64,000 nucleotides of DNA from Eubacteriales bacterium. GTDB taxonomy: Bacteria; Bacillota; Clostridia; Oscillospirales; UBA644. Within the stretch, counting starts at the first letter, position 1, and every line of letters begins with the position of its first letter. Both the position numbers and the translations under genes were made by a program. The notes beneath the pieces are model-generated. The model worked only from the letters and a program-made list of their open reading frames with translations, was not told the DNA's origin and did no database searches. The stretch spans positions 9,160-73,159 of the forward strand of contig JAZQLP010000117.1 in assembly GCA_045542755.1 (NCBI GenBank). The letters run 5' to 3'. Shown here in pieces: positions 1-9,989 of the stretch.

Positions 1-1
1 C

Positions 2-985
2 CTTATTGCGGGCGGATGTGAGGAAACCTCCATGAGCGACCTACGCGAGTACGTTGCAAAGAACGGTCTCCCCGACTACGGTCTTACCCCCGACAGCAGC
101 TTCCCCATCATCAACGCCGAGGTTGGCATTTCCTTCGGCAAGTTCCACCTAAAAGAAACGAGCTTTAATACCCGTCTTGTTATAGAATCCTTCTCCGCCG
201 GCAGAGCCTACAACTGCGTTCCCGACCTCTGCACCGCCGTCCTCAGGGTAAGCGACGACTTTATTCAGGACGTAAAGAACTATATGCTGGCAAAAACCGG
301 TAGCGAAAGCCTTGAATACTCCCTTGAGGGTAACACCCTCACCCTTACCACCTTCGGTAAATCCGCCCACGGCTCGGTGCCTGACCAGGGCGTTAACGCC
401 GCATTCTCAATGCTCCGTCTCCTTGGCGGCCTTTACGAGAGAGCAGGCGAAGAAAACGATTTCGTGGCCTTCGGCCTTCAGTGGTTCGTGGGTGACACAA
501 AGGGTCTCCGCATAGGAATTGCCTGCAACGACGCTCAGACGGGTGACCTTTCCCTCAACGTGGGCATGGTTGAATACTCCGCCGCCACAAAGAAGGGCTT
601 TTACAGCTTTGATATAAGAGTTCCCGTAACAAAATCCGTGCAGACCGTAAAGGCAGGCCTTGAGGCCTTTGCCAAGGAAACGGGAGCAGAGCTTGAGCTT
701 GGACAGCTTGAAGAAAGCACCTATATGGACCCCGAATGTGAGTTTTTACAGAAGCTTGCAAAATGCTTTACCGACATAACGGGCAAAAAGTGCGAATGTC
801 TTACCGCGAGAGGCTGTACCTACGCCAAGGCCTTCGGTGGCAAGGGCGTGGCCTTTGGCCCCATTGACGAGGAGGATCCCTCTCAGGGCGGCGGACTCCA
901 CGGTATTGATGAATACATCTCCATTGATGCCTATGTCAACCTTGCAAAAATCTACGCTCTGGCAATAAAAGAACTCTGGACCTGA
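2..985 (+). CDS. pepV: M20-family dipeptidase (PepV/Sapep-like), 5' end cut by the window edge
   Basis: The frame is open from nt 2 with no stop before the Met at 32. The sequence resembles the C-terminal two thirds of PepV-type dipeptidases (FPIINAE..., GGLHGIDEYISID) and is followed by a hairpin terminator. Confidence 0.75.
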   Translation, partial: LIAGGCEETSMSDLREYVAKNGLPDYGLTPDSSFPIINAEVGISFGKFHLKETSFNTRLVIESFSAGRAYNCVPDLCTAVLRVSDDFIQDVKNYMLAKTGSESLEYSLEGNTLTLTTFGKSAHGSVPDQGVNAAFSMLRLLGGLYERAGEENDFVAFGLQWFVGDTKGLRIGIACNDAQTGDLSLNVGMVEYSAATKKGFYSFDIRVPVTKSVQTVKAGLEAFAKETGAELELGQLEESTYMDPECEFLQKLAKCFTDITGKKCECLTARGCTYAKAFGGKGVAFGPIDEEDPSQGGGLHGIDEYISIDAYVNLAKIYALAIKELWT

Positions 986-1000
986 TTAAAAAAGATACAG

Positions 1001-1036
1001 AAAGACCGTTCCCCACTTGGGAACGGTCTTTTTTTG
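1001..1036. terminator. Bidirectional rho-independent terminator between convergent pepV and metH
   Basis: Stem gaccgttccc/gggaacggtc with a 5-nt loop, an A-run upstream and a T7 run downstream. Confidence 0.8.
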
Positions 1037-1038
1037 TC

Positions 1039-3432
1039 TTATACTATTACCTTTAATGCTATTTTTACTGCCTCGGAGGCATCCTTTGCGTAAAAGTCTG
1101 CTCCCACCTGGTTTGCATATTCGGGGGTAAGCACCGCGCCGCCCACCATAACCTTGCAGTCACATCCCGCCTCTTTAAGGGCGTCTATTGTGACCTTCAT
1201 ATTTTTAACGGTGGTGGTCATAAGGGCACTCAATCCAACGAGCTTTATCCCGTGGGTCTTTACAGCCTCAACTATTTCCGAGGGCTCCACGTCCTTGCCA
1301 AGGTCAATGACCTCGTATCCGTAGTTGCTCAAAAGCATCTTGACGATGTTCTTGCCTATATCGTGAACGTCCCCCTTTACGGTGGCCATAAGTATCTTAC
1401 CTCGGCTCTCGGTGGGGGCTTCGCCCGAGGACTTAAGGAGGTCAAATCCAACCTTTACAGCATCGGCAGAGGCCATAAGCTGGGGGATAAAAAGTCTGCC
1501 CGTCTCAAAATCCTCGCCAACCTTGTCAAGTGCGGGTATAAAGGCCGAGTTGATTATATCAAGGGGGTTATGGGTCTTTAAAAGCTCGGCGGTGAGCTTT
1601 GCACAAAGCTCGGTCTGGCCGTGAATAACACCCTTTATAAGGGGAGCGTACTCGTTTTCAGCCTCGGTAGTGGGGGAAGAAGCTTCCTTTTCCACCGTCT
1701 GAACCACCTTTTGGTGGGTGTTTTCGTATTCTATATATGCGGCCGCCCCCTTATCCTCACCGTTGAGAACTCTGAACAGACGAAGGGTATCTGCATAGTC
1801 CTCCGACAGAGGGTTGAGAATGGGCGCATCAAGCCCCGCCCCAAGAGCCGCCAACAAAAAGGCGGAGTTGAGCTTGGGTCTTGAAGGAAGTCCGAAGGAT
1901 ACGTTGCTCACCCCAAGAACGGTCTTTACTCCGTATCTCTCCTTTACCAGCCTTATTCCTTCAAGACTTTCAAGAAGGATATCCTGAGAAGTGGAGGCCG
2001 TCAGGGTAAGGAGGTCAAAGAGAAGGTTTTCCTTTTTGATTCCAGCGCCTATGGCTCTGGTGTATATCCTATGGGCTATTTCAAGCCTCTCTTCTGCGGT
2101 TTTGGGTATACCCTTTTCGTCAAGGGTAAGACAGATAAGCCCTGTTCCGTATTTTGCGGCTATGGGAATAATAGCCGAAAGGCTCTCTTCCGAGCCGTTT
2201 ACGGAATTTATAACCGGCTTACCGTTACATCTTCTTACGGCGGCTTCTACGGCAACGGGGTCGGAGCTGTCTATTACCAAGGGCAGCCCAGAAACGCCCT
2301 GCACCGTCTTTATCATTTTAAGAAGGGTGGAAGGTTCGTCAATATCTGGAAGGCCGCCGTTGACGTCAAGCATAGCGGCGCCCGCCTCTTCCTGAGCCAC
2401 GGCCTCGTCGGCAACATAGCCCATATCCCCTGCCCTAAGGGCGGCCTGCATGGCCTTTTTACCCGTGGGATTTATCCTTTCGCCTATAACGGAAACGTTT
2501 CCGTCTATAAAGGCTGTAAACCTACTTCCCGTAAAGGCGGTAAGGGGCTTTATATCTCTTTCTTTACGAACAACATTCTTGGTAAGAGTTGCTATTTTTT
2601 CTATATAAGAGGGGTCAGTGCCACAGCATCCGCCAACCACGGATACCCCCATTTCAAGCATCTTTTCTATATACTCGGCGTACTCGTCTGCCTCTACTGA
2701 GTAGACAGTTTCCCCATTCACAACGCAGGGTAGCCCCGCATTTGCCTGAACGATAACGGGGAGAGAGGAATACTCAAGTATCTTTTCCACCGTGGGCATA
2801 AGGGTCTGGGGGCCGAAGGAGCAGTTTACCCCAAAGCAGTCTATACCCCAAGAGGAAGCAGTAACCGCGGCGGTAACCGCATCCACGCCCATAAAGGTGC
2901 GGCAATCGGCGTTAAAGGACATGGAGAGGATTATGGGAAGGTCGGTGTTCTCCTTTGCGGCAAGAACGGCGGCCTTTGATTCCAGCATATCCGACATGGT
3001 TTCGATTATTATTATATCGGCGCCCGCATTTTGTCCTGCAATCATCTGCTCCTTAAAAAGGCCGTAGGCCTCATCAAAGGAAAGGGTACCCATGGGTTCC
3101 AAAAGCATACCGATAGGGCCTACGTCAAGGGCAACTCTGCATGAACCACCCTCGCAAGCATCCTTCGCTAATTTTATAGCGGCAGAAATCACCTCGTCGG
3201 GGGTAGCAAGCTTGCCAAGCTTGTGGGCGTTTGCCCCAAAGGTGTTGGCGGTTATAACGTCGGCGCCTGCCTTGACGTAATCTTTATGTATGGATGATAT
3301 TATTTCGGGGTGAGTCAGATTAAGAACTTCGGGAATAACTCCCGTTTTAAGCCCCCTTCTCTGAAGAAGGGTACCCATAGCACCGTCAAATATCAAAGGT
3401 CTTTGGTTATAAAAAAGCTTTTTCGTTCCCAT
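1039..3432 (-). CDS. metH: Cobalamin-dependent methionine synthase, short form (Hcy-binding, pterin-binding and B12-binding domains; no AdoMet reactivation domain)
   Basis: 797 aa. The N-terminal homocysteine S-methyltransferase domain starts FDGAMGT. A central pterin-binding domain follows, and the C-terminal B12 motif is DVHDIGKNIV (DxHxxG). Confidence 0.9.
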   Translation of the reverse strand: MGTKKLFYNQRPLIFDGAMGTLLQRRGLKTGVIPEVLNLTHPEIISSIHKDYVKAGADVITANTFGANAHKLGKLATPDEVISAAIKLAKDACEGGSCRVALDVGPIGMLLEPMGTLSFDEAYGLFKEQMIAGQNAGADIIIIETMSDMLESKAAVLAAKENTDLPIILSMSFNADCRTFMGVDAVTAAVTASSWGIDCFGVNCSFGPQTLMPTVEKILEYSSLPVIVQANAGLPCVVNGETVYSVEADEYAEYIEKMLEMGVSVVGGCCGTDPSYIEKIATLTKNVVRKERDIKPLTAFTGSRFTAFIDGNVSVIGERINPTGKKAMQAALRAGDMGYVADEAVAQEEAGAAMLDVNGGLPDIDEPSTLLKMIKTVQGVSGLPLVIDSSDPVAVEAAVRRCNGKPVINSVNGSEESLSAIIPIAAKYGTGLICLTLDEKGIPKTAEERLEIAHRIYTRAIGAGIKKENLLFDLLTLTASTSQDILLESLEGIRLVKERYGVKTVLGVSNVSFGLPSRPKLNSAFLLAALGAGLDAPILNPLSEDYADTLRLFRVLNGEDKGAAAYIEYENTHQKVVQTVEKEASSPTTEAENEYAPLIKGVIHGQTELCAKLTAELLKTHNPLDIINSAFIPALDKVGEDFETGRLFIPQLMASADAVKVGFDLLKSSGEAPTESRGKILMATVKGDVHDIGKNIVKMLLSNYGYEVIDLGKDVEPSEIVEAVKTHGIKLVGLSALMTTTVKNMKVTIDALKEAGCDCKVMVGGAVLTPEYANQVGADFYAKDASEAVKIALKVIV

Positions 3433-4307
3433 TAAAAATCAAGTCCGCTTTCTTTTATGATTTGGAGTATTGACCAAGCAATATCGGGTTTGTTCATGGT
3501 ATAGATGTGTATGGGGCAGTCGGTGTTTTCCAAAAGTCCGCATATCTGACGGGCGGCGTATTCTATGCCCGCATTACGGAGTCCCTCGGGGTCGTTTTCA
3601 TACTTGTAGAGGATTCTTACTATCTCCGCGGGAAGGGATGCGCCGCAGGTAAATATCATTCGGGTAACCTGACTTTTACTCAAAATAGGCATTATACCCG
3701 CAGAAACCGAGGACTTTACCCCCACCTGACGGACACGGTTAATAAAGTTATAGAAGTTCTCGTTGGAGAAGAAGAGCTGGGAAACAAAGTGCTCCGCGCC
3801 AAGGGCTTCCTTTCTTCTCATATAATATATATCTCTTTCGGGAGATTGGCTTTCCACGTGGCCTTCGGGATAGCAGGCGGCGGAAACACAGAGTCCCGCA
3901 TCCTTGATATATGGTATAAGGTCGGTGGCATGAGCAAGCTGTCCCCTCATTCCGCCCTCCACCAGGTCGCCGCGAAGAGCAAGAACGTTATCCACGCCGG
4001 AAGCCTTTAGCACCTTAAGCTGGGCCTTTACGTCCTCTATGTCGGAGTTTATGCAGGTAAGATGAGCCATACTTTCAATGCCGTAATCCCTCTTGATCAT
4101 AGCCGAGAGCTCGGCGGTCTTTTGGGAATTCCCGCTTCCGCCCGCAGAATAGGTAACGCTTATGTAATCGGGAGAGAGTGTCTTGAGCTCGTCAAGGGTC
4201 TGACGAAGGCTATTAACCGACAAGTCCCCCTTGGGCGGAAATATTTCAAAGGACACGGCACGTCTGCCCTGTCCTGCCTTTATTTTTTCTATCTCGGTTA
4301 TTTTCAT
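3432..4307 (-). CDS. metF: 5,10-methylenetetrahydrofolate reductase
   Basis: MetF-like sequence throughout. The start is chosen at MKITEIE because GGAGAAG lies 5 nt upstream. The stop overlaps the metH start by 1 nt. Confidence 0.85.
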   Translation of the reverse strand: MKITEIEKIKAGQGRRAVSFEIFPPKGDLSVNSLRQTLDELKTLSPDYISVTYSAGGSGNSQKTAELSAMIKRDYGIESMAHLTCINSDIEDVKAQLKVLKASGVDNVLALRGDLVEGGMRGQLAHATDLIPYIKDAGLCVSAACYPEGHVESQSPERDIYYMRRKEALGAEHFVSQLFFSNENFYNFINRVRQVGVKSSVSAGIMPILSKSQVTRMIFTCGASLPAEIVRILYKYENDPEGLRNAGIEYAARQICGLLENTDCPIHIYTMNKPDIAWSILQIIKESGLDF

Positions 4308-4435
4308 GTCTGCTTCTCCGTCCGATAATATAATACAGATACATTTTAGCACATTTCCAGATTAAAGTAAAGGGGCAAAGCCCTGCTAAAATACGAACAA
4401 TAACAGAAATTTCCTCCATTTCCGCCCTCTTTGCC

Positions 4436-4464
4436 TTGACAGGGGCTATTTTCTAAAGTATAAT
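4436..4464 (+). promoter_or_regulatory. Sigma-A type promoter for the barnase operon
   Basis: TTGACA, a 17-nt spacer and TATAAT, all exact consensus, about 40 nt upstream of the ATG at 4502. Confidence 0.6.
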
Positions 4465-4501
4465 AATGGCATATGGCAAAACGTTAAAAGGATAATAAAA
4501 A

Positions 4502-5071
4502 ATGAAAAAATTCACTAAAATATTGGCTCTGATTCTTGCGGCCATTCTTTCCCTCTCCCTTTTTGCGGGATGCGGAGATATTGCAGAAGAGCTTTTTGAC
4601 GTAGTCGATTTTATACTCGACAGCGAACAAACCTATTTTACAGACTTGGATGACGAAGGGGGAAACCAACCCCAGGCTCCTCCCTCGGAAAATGATACCA
4701 AGGACGGCACCATACGGGAAGACGGCACCTATACCTCAAAGGACGAGGTGGCCGCATACCTTAACGAGTTCGGAAAGCTCCCCTCAAACTATATAACCAA
4801 ATCCCAAGCCCGTGACCTTGGCTGGAACAGCGCCCAGGGTAATCTTTGGAACGTTGCTCCCGGCAAAAGCATAGGCGGTGACAACTTCGGCAACTACGAA
4901 GGACGACTTCCCAAGGCAAGCGGACGAAAATATTACGAGTGCGATATAAACTATGACGGCGGATACAGAGGAAGCGAAAGGATAGTCTACTCAAACGACG
5001 GCCTTATATACTACACCGCCGACCACTACGAAACCTTTACCCTTTTATATAAGGACGGCGTGAAACAATGA
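4502..5071 (+). CDS. Barnase-family extracellular ribonuclease with a lipoprotein signal peptide
   Basis: The C-terminal ~110 aa align by eye with B. amyloliquefaciens barnase (KLPSNYITKSQARDLGW, APGKSIGGD, YEGRLP, YRGSERIVYS, TADHYETF). The catalytic Glu, Arg, Arg and His equivalents are present. The N-terminus has the lipobox LFAGC. Confidence 0.9.
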   Translation: MKKFTKILALILAAILSLSLFAGCGDIAEELFDVVDFILDSEQTYFTDLDDEGGNQPQAPPSENDTKDGTIREDGTYTSKDEVAAYLNEFGKLPSNYITKSQARDLGWNSAQGNLWNVAPGKSIGGDNFGNYEGRLPKASGRKYYECDINYDGGYRGSERIVYSNDGLIYYTADHYETFTLLYKDGVKQ

Positions 5072-5346
5072 CCCTGACCTTCACAAAGAAAAACTCCCCC
5101 ACCGAGCTTGACTTTTACAAAAGGCTTCTGGACGGGCTGAAATATAAAGGCGACTTTGGAAATAATCTGGACGCTCTTTACGACCTTCTTACAGAGCCCC
5201 GCCCAAAGTTCCGCATATACATCAAGGACGCGGACTTCTCTTCAGCCTACGGTGGCAGAGGAGAGATAATATTACAGGTACTCAAGGATGCATGCGAGGA
5301 AAGCGGTTGCTTTACTCTGAAAATACGCACCCTCAAACACAGATAG
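5068..5346 (+). CDS. Barstar-family ribonuclease inhibitor
   Basis: 92 aa. The start forms an ATGA overlap with the barnase stop. The motif GNNLDALYDLLTE matches the barstar inhibitory helix (ENLDALWDCLTG), including both Asp residues. Confidence 0.85.
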   Translation: MTLTFTKKNSPTELDFYKRLLDGLKYKGDFGNNLDALYDLLTEPRPKFRIYIKDADFSSAYGGRGEIILQVLKDACEESGCFTLKIRTLKHR

Positions 5347-5355
5347 AGGAAAACC

Positions 5356-5733
5356 ATGACAAGCCAGATAGACAATCTTTACAACAAGCCCCTGCGGGCG
5401 GGAATCTTTCTTTCCGCAATACAGCTTATAATAATGGCAATAACCCTTTGGTTCTACGTGGTAGACCCCTTTGAGCTTGCCTTAAACTCCCTTTATCAGG
5501 GGGCGGCCTTTATGATAGATATGGTAAATATCTTTTGGGGCTACGTTATAATGCTCTGCATTTTCGTACTGGGGTTGGTGATTTACAATCTGGGCTGTGG
5601 TGCTGAAAGGTCGGACAAGCCTCAATACGCAAAAATAATGAGAGTGTTTTCCATCGTCTCCATAGCCTTTTCAATTATGCTGGGAGTATGGTTTACTCTT
5701 CAGGTACTTACGGCATATATCGCCGCAAACTAA
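5356..5733 (+). CDS. Hypothetical small integral membrane protein (~4 TM), third gene of the barnase operon
   Basis: GAGGAAAA RBS 10 nt after the barstar stop. Hydrophobic helices run throughout, and a terminator follows. Confidence 0.65.
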   Translation: MTSQIDNLYNKPLRAGIFLSAIQLIIMAITLWFYVVDPFELALNSLYQGAAFMIDMVNIFWGYVIMLCIFVLGLVIYNLGCGAERSDKPQYAKIMRVFSIVSIAFSIMLGVWFTLQVLTAYIAAN

Positions 5734-5751
5734 TAACCCTATACAAAAGAC

Positions 5752-5786
5752 AAGACCGCCGAGCTTTTCGGCGGTCTTATTATTTT
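5752..5786. terminator. Bidirectional hairpin terminator
   Basis: Stem aagaccgccga/tcggcggtctt (11 bp) followed by a T-rich tail. Confidence 0.75.
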
Positions 5787-6618
5787 ATTCATAATCGTGG
5801 TTTCCCGAAAGATAGAAGGGTACGTTAAAGGCGCCGTTATAGAAATTAACGGGATAATGATCTCCTATTTCGTAATGTCTGTATTCACTGCGGGAAACTT
5901 TCAAATCCACTTCCTCACCGTCCAGAACAAGCTCAAACTCGTATGTGGTAACACCTCTGCTCCCGCCGAAATTAATGTCCTTATCAACGATCACCGCCCA
6001 CTTTTGCTCTGCAGCGCCGTTAAAATCCAAAGCGTAGTTCAAATGGCAGACAAAACAAAAGACGGACACAGCCACCATAAAGAACACTAAAATTACCGAC
6101 CATACAAGATCACGCTTCTTCCTCCAATCTGCTGTTCGAAAAGCTAAGAAAAAGAGAAGGCATATACCTGCGGATACACCAAGAGTTATCCCTAAGAACA
6201 ACCAAGGGAAGGACACAAAGCTATATTTGATAGCAAGTATAATAAGATTCAGCCATAAGTAGACAGCCTCTAAAGCTAAAACGCTTATGTCTAGATCTTC
6301 GTTTTTAAAATAAGCAAAGCGGAGAATCAAATACAGAACTACGATAAAAGACAAGAGAATATAAATTATCATCAACCATCTGTAAGACAAAAAGCTTGCG
6401 ACACCGAGAGCGGCCACAGACCAGGTTATTACTATCTTTTCAGGTAGGAGTATCTTGCTTGCAGGCAACCATGACCACAGGATAATGCCTGCGCAAATAA
6501 GGGTATAAATTACAGTCATTACGTCCCCGGGGATAAGCCTCGTTATTAAAAGGGCCACCAACGACAACATCATAACGACAGCCCTGACGTTACCCTTATT
6601 TCTTCCTTTTTTCGCCAT
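5785..6618 (-). CDS. Hypothetical multi-TM membrane protein with a small C-terminal soluble domain; AT-rich gene
   Basis: GGAGGA RBS 6 nt upstream of the ATG. About 6 hydrophobic helices are followed by a ~80-aa beta-rich tail. A sampled 60-nt line is ~30% GC. Confidence 0.65.
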   Translation of the reverse strand: MAKKGRNKGNVRAVVMMLSLVALLITRLIPGDVMTVIYTLICAGIILWSWLPASKILLPEKIVITWSVAALGVASFLSYRWLMIIYILLSFIVVLYLILRFAYFKNEDLDISVLALEAVYLWLNLIILAIKYSFVSFPWLFLGITLGVSAGICLLFFLAFRTADWRKKRDLVWSVILVFFMVAVSVFCFVCHLNYALDFNGAAEQKWAVIVDKDINFGGSRGVTTYEFELVLDGEEVDLKVSRSEYRHYEIGDHYPVNFYNGAFNVPFYLSGNHDYE

Positions 6619-6642
6619 TTTGATCCTCCATATATATAACCG

Positions 6643-6671
6643 AAAAGCCCCGATAAAAATTACGGGGCTTC
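6643..6671 (-). terminator. Terminator after the glutamine synthetase gene
   Basis: Stem aagccccg/cggggctt, followed by a T-rich stretch on the minus strand. Confidence 0.6.
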
Positions 6672-6684
6672 TCTATGTAATGTC

Positions 6685-8772
6685 TTATATATCGTATATC
6701 ATATCTCCATAGGTGGGATAGGGCAGATATTCTTTAGCCATCTGTTCTTCAAGCTTGTCGGCGGCAACTCGCAGCTCTTCCATTTCGGGAAGAACCTTTT
6801 CTCTGTAATAGGTTGCAAGTTCCTGCTCGCCGGTTACCTTTTTCGCACCGTCTACGGCGGCTTCAAGGTCGGCGGCCTCGGAATAAACGCTGTCGCTGAG
6901 CTTGGTAAGAAGGGCAAGAAGGTCTTTATCCGCATAGCAAAGGTCGCCGCAGGCTTCCTTTGAAAGGGCTATGGTCTTTGCCACGCTACGTCTGTAATTC
7001 ATAGCCGAGGGCAGAATGTCCTTACGAACCATTTTGAGCATGGTAACGGCTTCTATATGAACAAGCTTATAATAGGTCTCCAGAAGAATGGAGTATCTTG
7101 AACGGAGCTCGGTCTCGGTGAATATCTTGCTTTCGGTAAAGAGCTTGATATTCTTTTCGTCAACGTAGCTCTTCAGGGCCTCGTCGGTGCTTCTGATATT
7201 GGAAAGGCCTCTTCTTTCGGCTTCCTTGACCCACTCATCGGAGTAGTTGTTGCCGTTGAATATGATTCTTCTGTGGGCGGTAAGCTCTCTCTTTATAAGC
7301 TTTGCCACGGATACGGGGATATCCTTTGAGCCCTCAAGCTCGTCGGCAAAGGCCATAAGCTCCTTTGCAACGGCGGTATTGAGAACGATGTTGGGGTCTG
7401 CAAGAGAGAAGGAAGAGCCGGGCATACGGAACTCAAACTTGTTACCCGTAAAGGCAATGGGAGAGGTTCTGTTTCTGTCGGTGGTATCCTTGGGAAGCTT
7501 GGGAAGAACGTGAACGCCGATACCCATAACAGAGGGCTCAACGGTGTTAAATCTCTGTCCGTTTATAATAGAATCCACAACCGACTCAAGCTCTTCGCCA
7601 AGGTATATGGAGAGTATGGCGGGAGGAGCCTCGGAGGCACCCAGACGGTGGTCGTTACCCGCAGAGGCAACGGATGCACGGAGCATCTCCTGATACTCGT
7701 CAACAGCCTTGATAACGGCGGTAAGGAAAAGAAGGAATCTCAGGTTGCCCGAGGGGGAACCGTCACCGGGGTCGAAAAGATTTTCGCCGGTGTTTGTGGA
7801 TACCGACCAGTTGTTATGCTTACCGCTTCCGTTTATGCCCTTGAAGGGTTTTTCGTGGAGAAGACAGGCAAAATCGTGCTTTTCTGCAACCCTCTTCATG
7901 GTTTCCATAATGAGCTGGTTCTGGTCGGTGGCAAGGTTGGCAGAGCAGAATACAGGGGCAAGCTCGTGCTGTGAGGGAGCGGCCTCGTTATGCTCGGTCT
8001 TTGCGTAAACGCCCAACTTCCAGAGCTCTTCGTCAAGCTCCTTCATATATGCCTTAACGCGGGGACGGATGGAGCCGTAATAGTGATGCTCAACCTCCTG
8101 TCCCTTGGGGGGCATAGCGCCGAAAAGGGTTCTGCCCGTGTAAACGAGGTCGGGACGGGCTTTATATTTTTCTTTATCTATAAGGAAGTACTCCTGCTCG
8201 CCGCCAACAGTGGTGGTGACCTTTTTAACGTCGGTCATTCCGAAGAGCTTGAGAACACGGAGGGTCTGCTTATTCAAAAATTCCAAAGACCTCATAAGGG
8301 GGGTCTTTTTGTCAAGGGATTCTCCGCCGTAGGAGCAGAAGGCGGTGGGTATGTAAAGGGTGTTTTCCTTTACAAAGGCATAGGACGTGGGGTCCCAAGC
8401 GGTATATCCTCTTGCCTCAAAGGTAGCGCGGAGGCCGCCTGAGGGGAAGGAAGACGCGTCGGACTCGCCCTTTACAAGAGCCTTGCCCGAAAACTCCATT
8501 ATAACGCCGCCGTCGGCAACGGGAGATATAAAGCTGTCGTGCTTTTCGGCAGTAACACCCGTAAGGGGCTGGAACCAATGGGTATAATGGGTCACACCCT
8601 TTTCTATTGCCCATTCCTTCATAGCGTCGGCGATTACTCCAGCCAGACCGATATCAAGTCTTTTGCCTTCTTCTATTGTACGTTTAAGGGCTATGTATGC
8701 GTCCTCGGGCAAGCGGGCCTTCATAGCCTGCTCGTTAAAGACCATAGAACCGAATATTTCAGGTACGTTCAT
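6685..8772 (-). CDS. glnN: Glutamine synthetase type III
   Basis: The ~695-aa length and N-terminus ([11 protein letters not shown]..., [17 protein letters not shown]) are typical of GSIII. The start is set at MNVPEIF, with GAAGGGAA 8 nt upstream. Confidence 0.85.
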   Translation of the reverse strand: MNVPEIFGSMVFNEQAMKARLPEDAYIALKRTIEEGKRLDIGLAGVIADAMKEWAIEKGVTHYTHWFQPLTGVTAEKHDSFISPVADGGVIMEFSGKALVKGESDASSFPSGGLRATFEARGYTAWDPTSYAFVKENTLYIPTAFCSYGGESLDKKTPLMRSLEFLNKQTLRVLKLFGMTDVKKVTTTVGGEQEYFLIDKEKYKARPDLVYTGRTLFGAMPPKGQEVEHHYYGSIRPRVKAYMKELDEELWKLGVYAKTEHNEAAPSQHELAPVFCSANLATDQNQLIMETMKRVAEKHDFACLLHEKPFKGINGSGKHNNWSVSTNTGENLFDPGDGSPSGNLRFLLFLTAVIKAVDEYQEMLRASVASAGNDHRLGASEAPPAILSIYLGEELESVVDSIINGQRFNTVEPSVMGIGVHVLPKLPKDTTDRNRTSPIAFTGNKFEFRMPGSSFSLADPNIVLNTAVAKELMAFADELEGSKDIPVSVAKLIKRELTAHRRIIFNGNNYSDEWVKEAERRGLSNIRSTDEALKSYVDEKNIKLFTESKIFTETELRSRYSILLETYYKLVHIEAVTMLKMVRKDILPSAMNYRRSVAKTIALSKEACGDLCYADKDLLALLTKLSDSVYSEAADLEAAVDGAKKVTGEQELATYYREKVLPEMEELRVAADKLEEQMAKEYLPYPTYGDMIYDI

Positions 8773-8800
8773 AATATTTGTTCCCTTCACTGCTTTGATT

Positions 8801-9808
8801 TTAGAGAAGTACTATGCCTGCTTCTTTGCACTCGCGCTCGGTTTCCTCATCCCAGACAGAAACCTGAACCTCGCCTATGTGAGCCTTGCCGAGAAGAAGC
8901 ATTGAAAGTCTTGACTGACCGATACCTCCGCCGATAGCCAGAGGCAGGGTGCCGTCAAGGAGCATTTTGTGGAAGGTAAGCTCACGTCTGTCCTCACAGC
9001 CCGCCTTTTTAAGCTGAGAAGCAAGGGCTTCGGCATCAACTCGAATACCCATGGAGGATATTTCAAAGGACCTCTTAAGTACGGGGTTGTAGAAAAGAAT
9101 ATCTCCGTTCAAGGACCAGTCGTCGTAGTCGGGGGCTCTGCCGTCGTGCTTTGAGCCACTTTTGAGAACGTCGCCTATCTGCATAAGAAATACGGTACCG
9201 TACTTCTCGGCGATGAGATGTTCCCTTTCCTTGGGAGTCTTGTCAGGATACATATCCTCAAGCTCCTGGGTGGTGATGAACTTAACGTTGGGGTTAAGCT
9301 CCACGTCTATTTTGGAGAACTTCTTTTTAAGCTGGTCAAGGGTATTGCAGATAGCTCTTACTATCCTTGTAACGGTATCCTTGAGGTACTCAATATTTCT
9401 ATCCTCGGGAAGAATAACCTTTTCCCAGTCCCACTGGTCAACATAGAGGGAGTGGATATTGTCCATCTCCTCGTCCCTGCGGATAGCGTTCATATCGGTA
9501 TAAAGGCCTTTTCCGGGGTGGAAGTCGTATTTCCAGAGAGCCATTCTCTTCCATTTTGCGAGAGAGTGAACGATAGCAACGTTTTCACCCGTTTCCTTTA
9601 TATCGAACTCAACGGCTCTTTCTATTCCGTTAAGGTCGTCGTTAAGACCCGATGAGGGACGAACGAAAAGAGGGGCTGATACTCGGATGAGATTAAGCTC
9701 CTTTTTTAGTTGCTCCTCAAAAAGCTTTTTCATCAGGCCTATGGCATCCTGGGTCTGATATAGGGTAAGGGACGAGCTGTATCCCTCGGGAATATACGTC
9801 TTGCTCAT
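8801..9808 (-). CDS. asnA: Aspartate--ammonia ligase (asparagine synthetase A)
   Basis: 335 aa with an AsnA-type class II synthetase-like sequence ([10 protein letters not shown]..., GGGIGQSRL). It lies 28 nt upstream of glnN on the same strand. Confidence 0.85.
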   Translation of the reverse strand: MSKTYIPEGYSSSLTLYQTQDAIGLMKKLFEEQLKKELNLIRVSAPLFVRPSSGLNDDLNGIERAVEFDIKETGENVAIVHSLAKWKRMALWKYDFHPGKGLYTDMNAIRRDEEMDNIHSLYVDQWDWEKVILPEDRNIEYLKDTVTRIVRAICNTLDQLKKKFSKIDVELNPNVKFITTQELEDMYPDKTPKEREHLIAEKYGTVFLMQIGDVLKSGSKHDGRAPDYDDWSLNGDILFYNPVLKRSFEISSMGIRVDAEALASQLKKAGCEDRRELTFHKMLLDGTLPLAIGGGIGQSRLSMLLLGKAHIGEVQVSVWDEETERECKEAGIVLL

Positions 9809-9940
9809 AAAAGATTCGACCTTTCGTGTCTGTGTGTGCAGAATGTGTGTTTATACATTAATAATTAATTATATCATAAAGAATTGGCTTTCTCAACCCA
9901 TAAATATGAATTTTTATCGAAAACCCATTAAAAATAAAAC

Positions 9941-9972
9941 AAAAAACGGGTTGCCGCATTACGCAGCAACCC
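9941..9972 (-). terminator. Rho-independent terminator
   Basis: On the minus strand, stem gggttgctgc/gcggcaaccc followed by a T6 run. Confidence 0.75.
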
Positions 9973-9989
9973 AAATTTCGGTCTAATGA

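Noticed and set aside
4308-4435. Possible SAM riboswitch or T-box upstream of metF
   Set aside because: I read the minus strand and found no SAM-I core (no CUUAUCAAGAG...GGNGGAGGGA pattern) and no T-box sequence. There is only a short leader after an extended -10-like element, so this needs cmscan to be certain.
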